From an uncultured Planctomycetota bacterium (lineage in GTDB: Bacteria; Planctomycetota; Planctomycetia; Isosphaerales; Isosphaeraceae), in assembly GCA_963737655.1 (NCBI GenBank), contig CAVTTN010000002.1, forward strand, positions 5,312,001 to 5,376,000: a DNA stretch of 64,000 nt. Direction: 5' to 3'. Below the pieces are notes generated by a model that worked only from the letters and a program-made list of their open reading frames with translations, was not told where the DNA came from and ran no database searches. Each line of letters begins with the position of its first letter. Within the stretch, counting starts at the first letter, position 1. Position numbers and translations under genes: made by a program. Below, piece by piece: positions 1 through 9,937 of this stretch.

Positions 1-2722
1 GCGCCTGCTGGGGGATGTTCGATCGGGCCCTCTCGGCCGTGCATTCCTCGCGGCTGGGGGCGTCGAACGCGAGGAGGCTGGGGTGGGGGAACGTCCTCTG
101 CCAGTGGGTGTACATCCCCCGGCGATATTGCGAGTCGCCGAGATCGGCCTGCCACGTCCGGACCGGGAAGTTCAAAGCGTCCCAGTAGCCAGGGGGCTGA
201 TACGGCTTCACGCTCGGCCCGCCGACGGTCCGGACCAGCAGGCCCGAGACCGCCAACGCATTGTCGCGGACGAACTCCGCGTCCAGGCGGATCGGCACCT
301 GATGGGCGATCAATCGGTTGTACGGGTCGCGCTCGCGGCCCTCCGGCGAGGCGTGGATCGCCTGCCGATAGGCCCCGGACGTGACGATCAGGCGGACCAC
401 GTGGCGGACGTCCCACCCCGAATCCATGAACTCGACGGCCAGCCAGTCGAGCAGCTCGGGGTGGCTCGGCCACTCCCCCTGCCCTCCCAGGTCGTCCAGG
501 ACCTTCGAAATTCCCTGGCCGAACGCCAGCTTCCACAACCGATTGACGAACGCGCGGGCCGTCATCGGGTTCTCGCGAGAGACCAGCCATCTCGCCAGGT
601 CGAGCCGATCGAGCCGTCGGGGCGGGACGGTCTCTCCGGCCAAAAATCCCGGAATCCCCGGCTCGACCAGCTCCCCGGCCTCGCTCATCCAGTTCCCCCG
701 GGGCAGGATGCGGACCGGCCGGGGCGTGCCCGAGGAACTCACCAGCGACGTGGGCCACGAGTCGATCCTCGACCACTTCGCCCGGACGTTCGCGGCGATC
801 TCGGCCCGATCCGGGGCGAACAGCGGCGACGATTCGGCGAAGAACGCCAGGATCTCGGCCGATTGCCGATCGGTCCGCCGCTCGGGAGTGACGGCCAGCG
901 AGTCGCGGACCCGGGGAGGCGCCGAGTGGCTGACCGGGTCCTCGGCCGTCGTGACCGACAACCTCATCTTCCCGATGTTCTCTTGCGGAAACTTCGATCG
1001 GAAATGGAGGCGGATCGTCAACCGGGTCGGCCCGTCGGAGCCGATCGGCGCGATCGTCTCGAACACCGCCTGATGGGGCATTCCCGTCGAATCGGGGCCG
1101 ATCCCCCACCCGGTCGATTCGTCGCCGTCGATGGCGCGAGACGCCGGCCGATCCTCCTCGTGGGCGTCGCTGGCCGAGGCGATCAAGGGGACGGCGATCG
1201 GCGCATCCTTCGAGCCGTCCTTCGCGGCGGAGACCTTCACCTCGGTCAAGAAGACGCTGCCGTCGAGCGACGTCCCCGGCCCGTTCGACGGGAAATCGGC
1301 GTCGGGCAGCGCCTCCAGGCGGATCGCGGTGATCCCCGCGAGGTCGGTCCTCGCCGAGATCACGACGGATTCCTGCGCCCCGACCTTCCCGAACGACTTC
1401 AGGACGCCGCCCGGCTCCTTCCGGAGCGACGATTCCCCCTCGACCCGCCCCTCGGCGTCGAGGACCGTCCAGATCGGCTCATCGCGATGGATCGCCTCCC
1501 ACTCCGCCTGGACGTTCGAAGCCGCCTTCGCCTTCGCGGCGAGGCCCTCGCGCATCCGGCCGATGGCGGCGTCCATCGCGAGGATCTCGCCCCGTTGCGA
1601 CTCGCTCCCCACCGGCATCCCCGGCTCGCGCTTGCCCACGATCGGCTCGCGGATGTCGGCGAAGAACGCGGCCATCCGGTAGAAATCCCGGGTCGTGAAC
1701 GGGTCAAACTTATGATCATGGCACTCGGCGCAGCCCATCGTGGCGCCGAGCCAGGCCGTCGAGACGTTGCGGACGCGGTCCGCCGCATACTTGGCCGTGT
1801 ATTCCTTGGCCTGGGCCCCGCCCTCCTCGGTCGTCTGGAGGAGCCGGTTGTAGCCCGAGGCGATCCGGTCGGCCTGCGAGGCGTCGGGGAGCAAGTCGCC
1901 GGCCAGTTGCTCGACGGTGAAGCGGTCGAACGGCCGGTTCTCGGCGAACGCGCGGAGGACGGCGTCGCGATACGGCCAGATGTCCCGCGAGTTGTCGCTG
2001 TGATAGCCGATCGAGTCGGCATAGCGGACCAGGTCCAGCCACATCACGGCCAATCGCTCGGCGTGATGGGGCGAGGCGAGCAGGCGATCGACGAGCTTTT
2101 CGTAGGCGTCGGGCGCCGGGTCATTCACGAACGCATCGACCTCGGCCCTGGTCGGCGGGAGGCCGGTCAGATCGAAGCTCACGCGGCGGATCAGGGTCGC
2201 GCGATCGGCTTGCGGGGCCGGTTCCAGGCCCGCCGCCGCGATCCGCTCGAGGAGGAACCGATCGATCGGGTTGCGCACGAATCCGGGGCGATCGACGGCC
2301 GGGACCTCATGCCGGACCGGCGGGAGGAACGACCAGTGCCCCTTGAACTCGGCCCCCTCGGCGATCCATCGGCGGATCGTGGCGACTTGCTCATCCGTCA
2401 ACGTCTTGCCCGAGCCCTTCGGCGGCATTTTCTGCTCGGGGTCGGACGAGGAGAGGCGGTCGAGGACGTCGCTCTCCTCGGGCTTGCCGGCGACGACCGG
2501 CCCGGGGGCGTCCTTCGAGCCGAACAGCCCGTCCTTCGTATCCAGCCGCAAATCGGCCTTGCGCTTGCCCTTGTCGGGGCCGTGGCAGGCGAAGCAGTTA
2601 TCCGAGAGGATCGGCCGGACGTCGCGGTTGAAGTCGATCCGTCGGGGAGGATCGGCGGCCAGGGCCGCGACCGGCACGAGGGCGACGAGGCCGAGCCCTC
2701 GGAGAGCAAGACGACCGATCAT
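1..2722 (-). CDS. Planctomycete cytochrome c / DUF1549 / DUF1553 (PSD1) protein, 3' end runs off the window
   Basis: Hand translation from ATG 2722: signal peptide, DFNRDVRPILSDNCFACHGPD (CxxCH), NPIDRF...DRATLIRRVSFDLTGLPPT, MGCAECHDHKFDP. Absent from the ORF track because there is no stop in the window. Confidence 0.9.
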   Translation of the reverse strand, partial: MIGRLALRGLGLVALVPVAALAADPPRRIDFNRDVRPILSDNCFACHGPDKGKRKADLRLDTKDGLFGSKDAPGPVVAGKPEESDVLDRLSSSDPEQKMPPKGSGKTLTDEQVATIRRWIAEGAEFKGHWSFLPPVRHEVPAVDRPGFVRNPIDRFLLERIAAAGLEPAPQADRATLIRRVSFDLTGLPPTRAEVDAFVNDPAPDAYEKLVDRLLASPHHAERLAVMWLDLVRYADSIGYHSDNSRDIWPYRDAVLRAFAENRPFDRFTVEQLAGDLLPDASQADRIASGYNRLLQTTEEGGAQAKEYTAKYAADRVRNVSTAWLGATMGCAECHDHKFDPFTTRDFYRMAAFFADIREPIVGKREPGMPVGSESQRGEILAMDAAIGRMREGLAAKAKAASNVQAEWEAIHRDEPIWTVLDAEGRVEGESSLRKEPGGVLKSFGKVGAQESVVISARTDLAGITAIRLEALPDADFPSNGPGTSLDGSVFLTEVKVSAAKDGSKDAPIAVPLIASASDAHEEDRPASRAIDGDESTGWGIGPDSTGMPHQAVFETIAPIGSDGPTRLTIRLHFRSKFPQENIGKMRLSVTTAEDPVSHSAPPRVRDSLAVTPERRTDRQSAEILAFFAESSPLFAPDRAEIAANVRAKWSRIDSWPTSLVSSSGTPRPVRILPRGNWMSEAGELVEPGIPGFLAGETVPPRRLDRLDLARWLVSRENPMTARAFVNRLWKLAFGQGISKVLDDLGGQGEWPSHPELLDWLAVEFMDSGWDVRHVVRLIVTSGAYRQAIHASPEGRERDPYNRLIAHQVPIRLDAEFVRDNALAVSGLLVRTVGGPSVKPYQPPGYWDALNFPVRTWQADLGDSQYRRGMYTHWQRTFPHPSLLAFDAPSREECTAERARSNIPQQA

Positions 2723-2898
2723 GGAGAGGACTCCAACGGCGGGACGGGACGGCGGGCGTCGAGCCTCGCTCGCTCGACGAGGGCGGTGTTCGCTTCGGCT
2801 CGGCAGGGAGGCGGAATCCGCGGAGGCAGGCTCGCGACCCCGATTCTACCCCACCCGTCGCCGGGGAATCCATGCCCACCCGCCCGAGCCGTGCCTCC

Positions 2899-3381
2899 TC
2901 AGCCCCGATCCTCCCAGAGACCCAGGGCCCGCCTCACCGCCACGAGCTGGCCGAGGTGATAGGCGTTGTGGTCGGCGAGCACGAGGGCCTCGCGGAAGAC
3001 CGTCTTCGCCGGGTCATGGGGCAGCGGGGCGAGCAGGTCGGTCTTCGGATCGGCCACGAGGTCGAGCATCGCCCGGAGGTCGTCCCGGAACCCCCTGAGG
3101 GTCCGATCCCAGGCGGAGGGCTCGGCCGGCGCGTGGCCGACGGGCCAGTAGCCGTCGGGGAACTCGGGCGACCGGTGCTGCGCATCGATCGTGAATCGGA
3201 GGATGTCCCACTGGGCGATCCGCATGTGTTCGACCAGTTGCCACGGGGAATGCGGCATGGCCCCGGGCTTCGTCCCGAGGTCGTCGAAGGCCAGGCCCTC
3301 GACGGCCGAGTCGAAATCGAGGTGCGCCGAGCCGCCCTGGAGCAGCTCGCGGAGGCCGTCGCGAAGCGTCGCATCGCCCAT
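2899..3381 (-). CDS. DinB family protein
   Basis: 160 aa with HSPWQLVEHMRIAQWDIL and DHNAYHLGQL (DinB-type His motifs). Confidence 0.85.
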   Translation of the reverse strand: MGDATLRDGLRELLQGGSAHLDFDSAVEGLAFDDLGTKPGAMPHSPWQLVEHMRIAQWDILRFTIDAQHRSPEFPDGYWPVGHAPAEPSAWDRTLRGFRDDLRAMLDLVADPKTDLLAPLPHDPAKTVFREALVLADHNAYHLGQLVAVRRALGLWEDRG

Positions 3382-3525
3382 GATGTCCCCTCAATCGATC
3401 CAAGGCGTTTCGAGCGAACCCAAACCCGGCCCGGGCCCTCCGAAGAGAGGCCGCGTCCCCGGCCGGGGACCGGCGCGGCCCATCTCCTGGGCCTCGCCGG
3501 GACGTTGCCGATTCGTCGAGATCGA

Positions 3526-4593
3526 TCAGCGCGCGTCCGCGGCCATCGCCGCGCGGATGTCGCTCACCAGGGCATCGACGTCGGAATCCGCCGTGTCCCA
3601 CGAGCACATGAACCGGACGCCCCCGGCGCCGATGAACGTGTAGAACCGCCAGCCCCGGGCCTTCAGCCGTTCGCGGGGGCCGTCGGGCAGCCGGGCGAAC
3701 ACGGCGTTCGCCTCGCACGGCCAGAGGACCTCCACGCCCGGGATCTCCCGGAGCTTCGATTCCAGGCGGCTGGCCTCGCGATTGGCCCTCTCGGCGTTCT
3801 TCAGCCACGCGCCCGACTCGATCATCCCGACCCACGGCGCCGCCAGGAACCGCATCTTCGAGGCGAGCTGGCCCGCCTGCTTGCACCGATAGGCGAATTC
3901 CTGCGCCAGGTCGCGATTGAAGAACAAAACCGCCTCGCCCACGGCCATCCCGTTCTTGGTCCCGCCGAAGCAGAGGACGTCCACGCCGATCTTCCAGGTG
4001 ATCTCCTTCGGCGCCACGCCCAGCGCCGCCACGGCGTTGGAGAACCTCGCGCCGTCCATGTGGACCTTCAGCCCGTGCTTGCGGGCCTCGTCGCCCAGGG
4101 CCTTCAGCATGTCGATCGTGTACAGGGTGCCGACCTCGGTCGATTGCGTGATCGTGAGGACCCGGGGCTTGGGATAATGGATGTCGGTCCGGCGGGTGAC
4201 GGCCTCGGCCACCGCCTCGGGCCCGACGCGGCCGGCCTCGCCCTTCGCCAGCAGGACCTTGGTCCCGTTGGAGAAGAACTCCGGGGCCCCGCATTCGTCC
4301 GTCTCGACGTGGGCCAGCTCGTGGCAGACGATGCTGTGGTACGACTGGCACATCGAGGCCAGCGCCAGGGCGTTCGCCGCCGTGCCGTTGAAGACGAAGA
4401 AGACCTCGCAATCGGTCTCGAACAGGTCGCGGAGGAGGTCCGACGCCCGGCTCGTCCAGAAGTCGTCGCCGTAGGCCGGCGTGTGGCTCCGGTTGGCCTC
4501 GGCCATCGATTGCCAGGCCTCGGGGCAGATCCCGGCGTAGTTGTCGCTGGCGAACTGGCGGCGGTCGTCCACGGTCGGAGTCTCTCGGCTCAT
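3526..4593 (-). CDS. ltaE: Low-specificity L-threonine aldolase (PLP-dependent)
   Basis: FASDNYAG, FNGTAANAL, HMDGARF and DVLCFGGTKNG (PLP lysine). Confidence 0.9.
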   Translation of the reverse strand: MSRETPTVDDRRQFASDNYAGICPEAWQSMAEANRSHTPAYGDDFWTSRASDLLRDLFETDCEVFFVFNGTAANALALASMCQSYHSIVCHELAHVETDECGAPEFFSNGTKVLLAKGEAGRVGPEAVAEAVTRRTDIHYPKPRVLTITQSTEVGTLYTIDMLKALGDEARKHGLKVHMDGARFSNAVAALGVAPKEITWKIGVDVLCFGGTKNGMAVGEAVLFFNRDLAQEFAYRCKQAGQLASKMRFLAAPWVGMIESGAWLKNAERANREASRLESKLREIPGVEVLWPCEANAVFARLPDGPRERLKARGWRFYTFIGAGGVRFMCSWDTADSDVDALVSDIRAAMAADAR

Positions 4594-4660
4594 CAAAAAA
4601 CCCTCGCGAATCGGCCGACACCGGCCCTCGGGGCGTCGCCCCCATCTTACCGACCGAGAG

Positions 4661-6928
4661 TCAAGGCGAAGAGGCCGAATTCCGCCTCGGCGGCTCGACC
4701 CCGAGCAAGTGCCTCACGAAGAAGTCGCGCTGGCGACGACGCCCGTACGGGCTCCCGCCCGCGCCGTGGTCGGCCCCGGGGAAGACGATCAGCTCGAAAT
4801 CCTTCCCCGCCTTGATCAGGGCGTTGGCCACCTGCATCGTCGAGGCCGGGTCCACGTTATGGTCCAGCTCGCCGACCATCAGCAGCAAATCCCCCCGCAA
4901 CTTGTGGGCGTTGGTGACGTTCGACTGCTCCGCGTAATGGGGCCCCACCGGCCAGCCCATCCACTGTTCATTCCACCAGATCTTGTCCATCCGGTTATCG
5001 TGGCAGCCGCAATCGGCCGAGGCCGCCTTGTAGAACTCGGGGTGGAACAGCAGCGCCCCCAGGGCATTCTGGCCGCCGGCCGAGCCTCCATAGATCCCGA
5101 CTCGCGAGAGGTCCATCGCGGGCTCCTTCTCGGCCGCCGCCTTCATCCAGAGGATGCGGTCGGGGAACCCGGCGTCCCCCAGGTTCTTCCAGCAGACGTC
5201 GTGGAACGCCCGCGACCGCCAGTTCGTCCCCATCCCGTCGATCTCGACGAGGATGAACCCGAGCTCGGCCAGCGCCTCGGGGCCGTGGATCGCGGCGAAC
5301 GACTTCGGGACGTGCGCCCCGTGGGGCCCCGCGTAGATCTGCTCGATCACCGGGTACTTCCTCGCCGGGTCGAAGTTCGTCGGCCGGTAGATCAGCCCAT
5401 AGATGTCCGTCTTCCCGTCCCGGCCCTTCGCCACGAACCGCTCCGGAGGCTTCCAACCGGCCTCGCGGAGCCGGGAGACGTCGGCCGTTTCCAGGTCGAG
5501 GATCTTGTGACCGTTCCAGGCCGACCGGAGGACGGTGAACGGCGGCTGATCGACTTGAGAATAGGTGTCGATGAAATACTTCCACTTCGGCGAGAAGCGG
5601 ACGTCGTGGGTGCCGTTCCCCTCCGTCAGCCAGGTGAAGTTCGAGCCGTCGAAGTCGATCCGGGCGTAATGGACGTGGTACGGATCTTCGCCCGGGTCCA
5701 TCCCGCTCATCCGAAACCAGATTTGCCGGGCCTCCTCGTCGACGAGATCGACACCTCGGACGACCCATTCCCCCTTGGTGATCGGGTTCTTGACCGCCCC
5801 GGTCGTCGCGTCGATCAGGTAGAGGTGGTTCCAGCCGCTCCGTTCCGACATCCAGAGGATCTCGTTCGTCCTGTCGAGCCTCTGGTAGTGCATCTTGCTC
5901 GAATAGTCGATGAACGTCTCGGTCGTCTCGTCGATCAGGGCCTTCGCCTCGCCGGTCGCGGCGTCGATCGCCACGACCCGCAGGGCCTGGTGGCCCCTCT
6001 GGTTGAACAGGAACGTGAACTGCTTCGAGTCGGGCGACCAGCGGTAATCGCCGACGCTCCACGGGTTCGCGAACAGGTCGTCCTTGACCGGGATCTCCTT
6101 CTTCGAGGCCACGTCGAAGAGGTGGGGCCTGGTGATCGGGAGCTTGTCGCCGGGCTTGAGGTAGTTGTGCGAGCTCAGCTTCGGCTGCACCTGGAACCGG
6201 GGCGACGACTCGATGAACGAGACCTTGTGCTCCTGCCCCTTCGCCGTCTTCAGCGCGACGAGATGGGCCGAGTCCGGGGCCCAGAAGACGCCCGGCTCGT
6301 AGCCGTCTTCCGCCGTCCCGCCCTCGGTCAAACGAGTCTCGATATCCTTCTCCTTGTCGCGCAAGAAGACGTCGTGATCGCGGACGACGGCGGTCCACTT
6401 GCCGTCGGGCGAGTCCGACCTCCTCGGGGAGTCGGCCCTCCCGCGATTGACGCGCCTCGGCCGGTCGGGGTTCGCGGGCTCGGCCTCGGGCCGGTCGAAT
6501 TCGCCGAGGGTCCCCGCCTTGGGGTCGAACCGCCAGCCCTGGCCGAGCGCCTCGAACCGGATCGCGCCGTCGTCTTCCAGGGCGATGCGGTCGATCGGCA
6601 GGCGTCCGGGGTCGAACGCCTGGCCGGTGAACTTCGCGAGGGCCTCGGCGAGCCGGGCGTGGTCGAACGCGGGTCCGCGCTCCTTCTTCTCGATGTCGAC
6701 GGCGACGAATTCGCGGCGGCCCTCGGGCAGGTCGTTGCGATACCAAAATTTCATGTCCTCATGGGACCAATGAGGCTGGACGCGGGCCTTGAAGACCTTG
6801 CCCTGGAGCTTGCCGGGCAGGGCTTCGGCTCGTTCGTAATCGGCGCGAGTGCCCTGGGCGGGGGCGGTCGTCGCCGTCAGGAGGAGCCAGGCCGCCGCGA
6901 TCGCCGCGGCCGTCTTGGGGGTCGTCAT
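4661..6928 (-). CDS. Secreted S9 family peptidase with DPP-IV-type N-terminal propeller
   Basis: Signal peptide; YAGPHG; nucleophile motif GGSAGG; ELDHNV and GADHG complete the triad. Its start overlaps the gntR stop (ATGA). Confidence 0.9.
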   Translation of the reverse strand: MTTPKTAAAIAAAWLLLTATTAPAQGTRADYERAEALPGKLQGKVFKARVQPHWSHEDMKFWYRNDLPEGRREFVAVDIEKKERGPAFDHARLAEALAKFTGQAFDPGRLPIDRIALEDDGAIRFEALGQGWRFDPKAGTLGEFDRPEAEPANPDRPRRVNRGRADSPRRSDSPDGKWTAVVRDHDVFLRDKEKDIETRLTEGGTAEDGYEPGVFWAPDSAHLVALKTAKGQEHKVSFIESSPRFQVQPKLSSHNYLKPGDKLPITRPHLFDVASKKEIPVKDDLFANPWSVGDYRWSPDSKQFTFLFNQRGHQALRVVAIDAATGEAKALIDETTETFIDYSSKMHYQRLDRTNEILWMSERSGWNHLYLIDATTGAVKNPITKGEWVVRGVDLVDEEARQIWFRMSGMDPGEDPYHVHYARIDFDGSNFTWLTEGNGTHDVRFSPKWKYFIDTYSQVDQPPFTVLRSAWNGHKILDLETADVSRLREAGWKPPERFVAKGRDGKTDIYGLIYRPTNFDPARKYPVIEQIYAGPHGAHVPKSFAAIHGPEALAELGFILVEIDGMGTNWRSRAFHDVCWKNLGDAGFPDRILWMKAAAEKEPAMDLSRVGIYGGSAGGQNALGALLFHPEFYKAASADCGCHDNRMDKIWWNEQWMGWPVGPHYAEQSNVTNAHKLRGDLLLMVGELDHNVDPASTMQVANALIKAGKDFELIVFPGADHGAGGSPYGRRRQRDFFVRHLLGVEPPRRNSASSP

Positions 6929-7812
6929 CGCGGGGCCTTCTCGGGTCGAGGGGTGCGGCCCAGGCGGGCCAAAAGGTCCTGAACGACCGGGCTCTGGGCC
7001 CGGATGTGCCTCGACAGCTCGCGGCGGGTCGCCGGGCGGTCGCGGACGATCAACGCCTCGAGGATCGCCCGATGCTGCCGGGCCATCTCGGCCGCCTCGC
7101 TCGTCTCGGGGGCGGCGAAGTCGAACAGCGTGGTGTAATAGGCGCCGTGGCGATCGAAGAAGTCCCGCAAATACGGGTTCCTGGACGTCTCGATCAGGTA
7201 CAGATGAATCTCATTGTTGAGCCGAGGCCCCCGAGGGTCATTGCCGGCGAGCATCCGGCGGAGCTCGGCGTCTTCCAGGCGGGGCCAGGCCAGGTCCAGC
7301 GCCTTCAATTCGACGGCCTCGCGCGCCTCGAGGTACGCGTCCAGGTCGCGCCCATCGAACGCCCGGACCCGCCACCCGCAGCGGGGGACGTGCACGAGCA
7401 GGCCCCGGCCGCTCAGGCGGGAGAACACCTGGCGGATCGCGGTCCGACCCACGCCGAACCGCGCGGCGGTGGCCTCCTCGCGGACATAATCGGCCTCGCC
7501 CCGGAGGCTCTTGCCGATCATCTCGACGGCCAGCTCCGACTCGATCCGGGCCGAACTCCGGGGCGGCGCCACCGGCTCCGAAACCGCCCTCTTCCGCCGA
7601 GCCGGGTTGACCTCGACCCGTCCGCCCACGCCTTTTCGCAGGATTCCTTCGGAGACCAGGTCGCGAATCGCCTCGCGAACCGGCGTGAAGCTCACCCCAT
7701 AATGGCCCGAAAGCGCCGCCAGAGTCAAATCGACCGGCAGAGCCGCCCCCGAGCCGATCCGGCCCCTCAAATCGCCCTTGATGTATTCGCGGATCGTGGG
7801 TGGCATCGTCAT
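6925..7812 (-). CDS. GntR/FCD family regulator with two tandem winged HTH domains
   Basis: HTH1 LSGHYGVSFTPVREAIRDLVSEG; HTH2 AARFGVGRTAIRQVFSRLSGRGLL; FCD-like C-terminus (QHRAILEAL...HI). Start set at ATG 7812 because the upstream extension is repeat-derived. Confidence 0.85.
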   Translation of the reverse strand: MTMPPTIREYIKGDLRGRIGSGAALPVDLTLAALSGHYGVSFTPVREAIRDLVSEGILRKGVGGRVEVNPARRKRAVSEPVAPPRSSARIESELAVEMIGKSLRGEADYVREEATAARFGVGRTAIRQVFSRLSGRGLLVHVPRCGWRVRAFDGRDLDAYLEAREAVELKALDLAWPRLEDAELRRMLAGNDPRGPRLNNEIHLYLIETSRNPYLRDFFDRHGAYYTTLFDFAAPETSEAAEMARQHRAILEALIVRDRPATRRELSRHIRAQSPVVQDLLARLGRTPRPEKAPR

Positions 7813-7814
7813 GG

Positions 7815-7962
7815 CAGTGGACCGAACAGTGGACCGAACAGTGGGCAGTGGGCAGTGGGCAGTGGGCAGTGGGCAGTGGGCAGTGAAGCGGGATTGGAGT
7901 AGGCGGGCCGTCCGTCTCTTCTTCTCTGCCCACTGCCCACTGCCCACTGCCCACTGCCCACT
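7815..7962. repeat. Inverted heptamer cassette: (CAGTGGACCGAA)x2, (CAGTGGG)x6, ~40 bp spacer, (CCCACTG)x4
   Basis: Read directly; lies between the divergent gntR and DHDPS-family genes. Confidence 0.95.
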
Positions 7963-7968
7963 ACTGTC

Positions 7969-8012
7969 TTGACATTGCGTGCAGGATCAACCCATCATGA
8001 ATGACATTGCGT
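7969..8012 (+). promoter_or_regulatory. Putative sigma-70 promoter overlapped by an 11 bp direct repeat TGACATTGCGT (candidate GntR operator)
   Basis: TTGACA at 7969-7974, CATCAT at 7993-7998, and TGACATTGCGT at 7970-7980 and 8002-8012. Confidence 0.55.
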
Positions 8013-8039
8013 CCGAAGTCAACCCGAGAGGTCCTGACG

Positions 8040-8951
8040 ATGACCGTCTCCTGGAAAGGCGTCTTCCCTGCGGCGACCACGGAGTTCTTCTCCGACGGCG
8101 CCCTGGACCTGCCCGCCACCCTCACGCACCTGGAACGGATGGTCGAGGCGGGCGTCCATGGCCTGATCATGCTCGGCACCGTCGGCGAGAACTGCTCGCT
8201 CGAATATCACGAGAAGGTGGACGTGCTGAAGGCCGCGGTGGGCGCGATCGGCGGACGGGTCCCGGTGCTCTCGGGGGTGGCCGAGTGCTCGACCCGCCTG
8301 GCCTGCCGATTCGCCGAGGACGCGAAGCGGGTCGGCGCCGACGGGCTGATGGTCCTCCCCGCGATGGTGTACAAGTCGGACCCCCGCGAGACCCTCACCC
8401 ACTTCCGCGCCGTGGGCCGGGCGACCGACCTGCCCATCATGGTCTACAACAACCCCGTGTCGTACTCGGTGGACGTCACCCCCGAGATGTTCCTGGAGCT
8501 GGCCGACGAGCCGAAGTTCGTCGCGATCAAGGAATCGTCGGAAAACGTCCGGCGGATCACCGACCTGGTGAACCTCTGCGGCGACCGCTTCCTGCTGTTC
8601 TGCGGGGTCGATGACCTGGTGCTCGAGAGCGTGATGCTCGGCGCCGACGGCTGGGTCTCGGGCCTCGTGAACGCATTCCCGGCCGAGAATCGCCTGCTCT
8701 GGGACCTCGCCATGGCCGGCCGATGGGACGAGGCCCGCGAGGTCTATCGCTGGTACACGCCCTTGCTTCATCTGGACACGCATGTGAAGCTCGTTCAATA
8801 CATCAAGCTCGCCAACCAGGAATGCGGGATGGGGTCCGAGGGCGTCCGGGCGCCGAGGCTGCCCCTGATCGGGGCCGAGCGAGAACGAGTCCTCGCGACC
8901 ATCCGCCGGGGGATCGCCACGAGGCCGGCGTCGCCCGTCCTTTCCGCCTGA
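8040..8951 (+). CDS. lhpC: DHDPS-family protein, probable 1-pyrroline-4-hydroxy-2-carboxylate deaminase
   Basis: WKGVFPA, LGTVGEN, YNNP and AIKESS motifs; adjacent to a hydroxyproline epimerase and a D-amino acid dehydrogenase. Confidence 0.8.
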   Translation: MTVSWKGVFPAATTEFFSDGALDLPATLTHLERMVEAGVHGLIMLGTVGENCSLEYHEKVDVLKAAVGAIGGRVPVLSGVAECSTRLACRFAEDAKRVGADGLMVLPAMVYKSDPRETLTHFRAVGRATDLPIMVYNNPVSYSVDVTPEMFLELADEPKFVAIKESSENVRRITDLVNLCGDRFLLFCGVDDLVLESVMLGADGWVSGLVNAFPAENRLLWDLAMAGRWDEAREVYRWYTPLLHLDTHVKLVQYIKLANQECGMGSEGVRAPRLPLIGAERERVLATIRRGIATRPASPVLSA

Positions 8952-8983
8952 GTCGAGACGTGCCGTCGCAGGGGGCTGGGGCC

Positions 8984-9937
8984 ATGATGGGGCGAGTTCA
9001 TCCACGGATCTCGGTCATCGACACGCACACCGGCGGCGAGCCGACGCGCGTCGTCATCGCCGGGGGGCCGGACCTCGGCCCCGGGAGCATGGCCGAGCGC
9101 CGGAGGGCCTTCCGCGAGCGGTTCGACCACGTCCGATCGGCCGTGGTGAACGAGCCGAGGGGTTCCGACGTGATGGTCGGCGCCCTGCTGTGCGAGCCGA
9201 CCGACCCCTCGTGCGCCTCGGGCGTGATCTTCTTCAACAACGTCGGCTACCTCGGCATGTGCGGCCACGGGACGATCGGCGTGGCCGCCGCGCTCGCCCA
9301 CCTCGGCCGGATCGCGCCCGGGGTCCACCGCGTCGAGACGCCCGTCGGAACCATCTCCGTGACTCTTGAGGATGCGAACACGGCGACGATCGAAAATGTG
9401 GCCAGCTATCGCTCTCAAAAGGATGTCGAGGTCCATGTGCCGGATGTCGGCCGGGTGGTCGGCGACGTGGCCTGGGGCGGCAACTGGTTCTTCCTCGTGA
9501 AAGACCATCGCCACGATTTGACGCTCGCGAACGTCGAGGCGTTGACCTCGCTGACCTGGAAGGTCCGCCAGGCCCTCGAAGCCCACGGCATCCGGGGCGA
9601 CGACGGCGGCGAGATCGACCACGTCGAGCTCTACGGCCCGCCGACCGTGCCCGGGGCCGACTCGCGGAACTTCGTCCTCTGCCCGGGAAAGGCGTATGAC
9701 CGCTCCCCCTGCGGGACCGGCACGAGCGCGAAGGTGGCGTGCCTCGCCGCCGACGGCAAGCTCGCCGAGGGCGAGGTCTGGCGGCAGGAGAGCGTCGTCG
9801 GCAGCGTCTTCGAGGCGTCCTTCCGGGTCGTCGACGGCCAGATTTATCCAAGAATTCGCGGATCGGCGTATGTGAACGCCGAATCCACCCTGATCCTCGA
9901 CCCGGCCGACCCGTTCGCGATGGGGATTCGCTCATGA
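8984..9937 (+). CDS. lhpA: Proline racemase family, probable 4-hydroxyproline 2-epimerase
   Basis: [23 protein letters not shown] and [12 protein letters not shown] (both catalytic cysteines present). Confidence 0.88.
   Translation: MMGRVHPRISVIDTHTGGEPTRVVIAGGPDLGPGSMAERRRAFRERFDHVRSAVVNEPRGSDVMVGALLCEPTDPSCASGVIFFNNVGYLGMCGHGTIGVAAALAHLGRIAPGVHRVETPVGTISVTLEDANTATIENVASYRSQKDVEVHVPDVGRVVGDVAWGGNWFFLVKDHRHDLTLANVEALTSLTWKVRQALEAHGIRGDDGGEIDHVELYGPPTVPGADSRNFVLCPGKAYDRSPCGTGTSAKVACLAADGKLAEGEVWRQESVVGSVFEASFRVVDGQIYPRIRGSAYVNAESTLILDPADPFAMGIRS

Noticed and set aside
83..2959. 958 aa + strand ORF, and similar long antisense ORFs such as 19777-25650 (1957 aa), 4541-6982 and 47407-49269
   Set aside because: Shadow frames of real opposite-strand genes in high-GC DNA, with no recognisable motifs.
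3410..3425. Short GAACGAAnCCAA-like intergenic motif (similar at ~28281, ~33504 reverse and ~40850)
   Set aside because: Too short and variable to support as a repeat family from this window alone.
7815..7962. Possible CRISPR array
   Set aside because: Tandem 7-mers without a repeat-spacer period, and no cas genes.
7778..7972. ORFs containing GSGQWAV or HCPLPTA repeats (also near 17555-17793 and 32087)
   Set aside because: These are translations of the CAGTGGG heptamer arrays, not proteins.
8040..8951. Lysine-biosynthetic dapA
   Set aside because: GTVGE motif and the epimerase/dehydrogenase context favour hydroxyproline catabolism.
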